A stretch of DNA of 63,782 bases, filler included, from Octopus bimaculoides (taxonomy: Eukaryota), in NCBI RefSeq assembly GCF_001194135.2. It is 13 parts of 13 records of this genome, joined end to end, with 100 filler letters (N's around TTAATTAATTAA, not from the genome) between each part and the next. Parts side by side here need not be neighbours in the genome. Positions count along the whole stretch, not along the records: positions 61,878 to 63,782 come from NW_026339807.1; 12 more parts are not named here. One strand, written 5' to 3'. This document shows positions 63,290 to 63,782 of this stretch, one piece after another. The translations under genes were made by a program, and so were the position numbers. The first letter of the stretch is position 1; the number at the start of each line of letters is the position of its first letter. A model generated the notes under the pieces. It was not told where the DNA came from and searched no databases. It was given only the letters and a program-made list of their open reading frames with translations.

Positions 63290-63782
63290 TTGCCATTCAT
63301 CTTTTCGGGGTCGATAAATTAAGTACCAGTTGAGCACTGGGGTCGATGTAATCCACTCGCTCCCTTTCCCCAAATTTCAGGTACAGTAGAGAAGAATATT
63401 ATGCGTGAGTATAAGGCGGGGAGCTAGCAGATCGGTAGCATGCCCGGCAAAGTGCTTAGCGACATTTCATCTGTCTTTACGTTCTGAGTTCAAATCCCTA
63501 CCTGAAACTAGCTGGCCTTGTACCAAACTTTGAAACCAATATTATTGAAACCGTTTATTGCGATGCTTTTGGGACAATGCTGTTTAGATAACAATAATTG
63601 TATGATGATGTTAAACATGAGTACAAGGTACAAAGCCGGCAGAATCGTTAACACGCTGAGCAAAATGCTTAAGGGCATTTCGTACGTCTTTACATTCTGA
63701 GTTCAAATTCCGTCTAGATCGACTTTGCCTTTCATCGTTTCGGGTCGACAGATTAAGTACCAGCTGAGCACTGCTATGGTCG
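63290..63782 (+). mobile_element. SINE family A fragments
   Basis: Matches to the family A consensus; last copy runs off the window. Confidence 0.75.

Overview
Repeat-rich, gappy eukaryotic genomic DNA, most likely an octopus. This is inferred from the SINE families, the microsatellite load and recurring 100-nt N-TTAATTAATTAA-N scaffolding linkers. Only three host coding exons are well supported. Two are the last exons of a core-2/I-branching beta-1,6-GlcNAc transferase (GCNT, minus strand, 15788-16014 and 14089-14402, spliced in frame). The third is a TM5-TM7 exon of a divergent GABA-B-like class C GPCR (plus strand, 52630-52974). The rest is decayed mobile DNA: Penelope-like (GIY-YIG), Tx1/L1-like, R4/Dong, RTE and CR1-like retroelements, mariner, Tc1, Helitron, hAT and pogo-type MITEs, SINEs and simple repeats. 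The most notable signal is a set of hammerhead ribozyme motifs. One (5757-5801) has a complete canonical core and lies in an inverted, circularly permuted ~348-nt unit that resembles a retrozyme. Most ORFs in the supplied track are microsatellite or N-gap artefacts. Repeat boundaries are approximate unless TSDs or splice sites are quoted.
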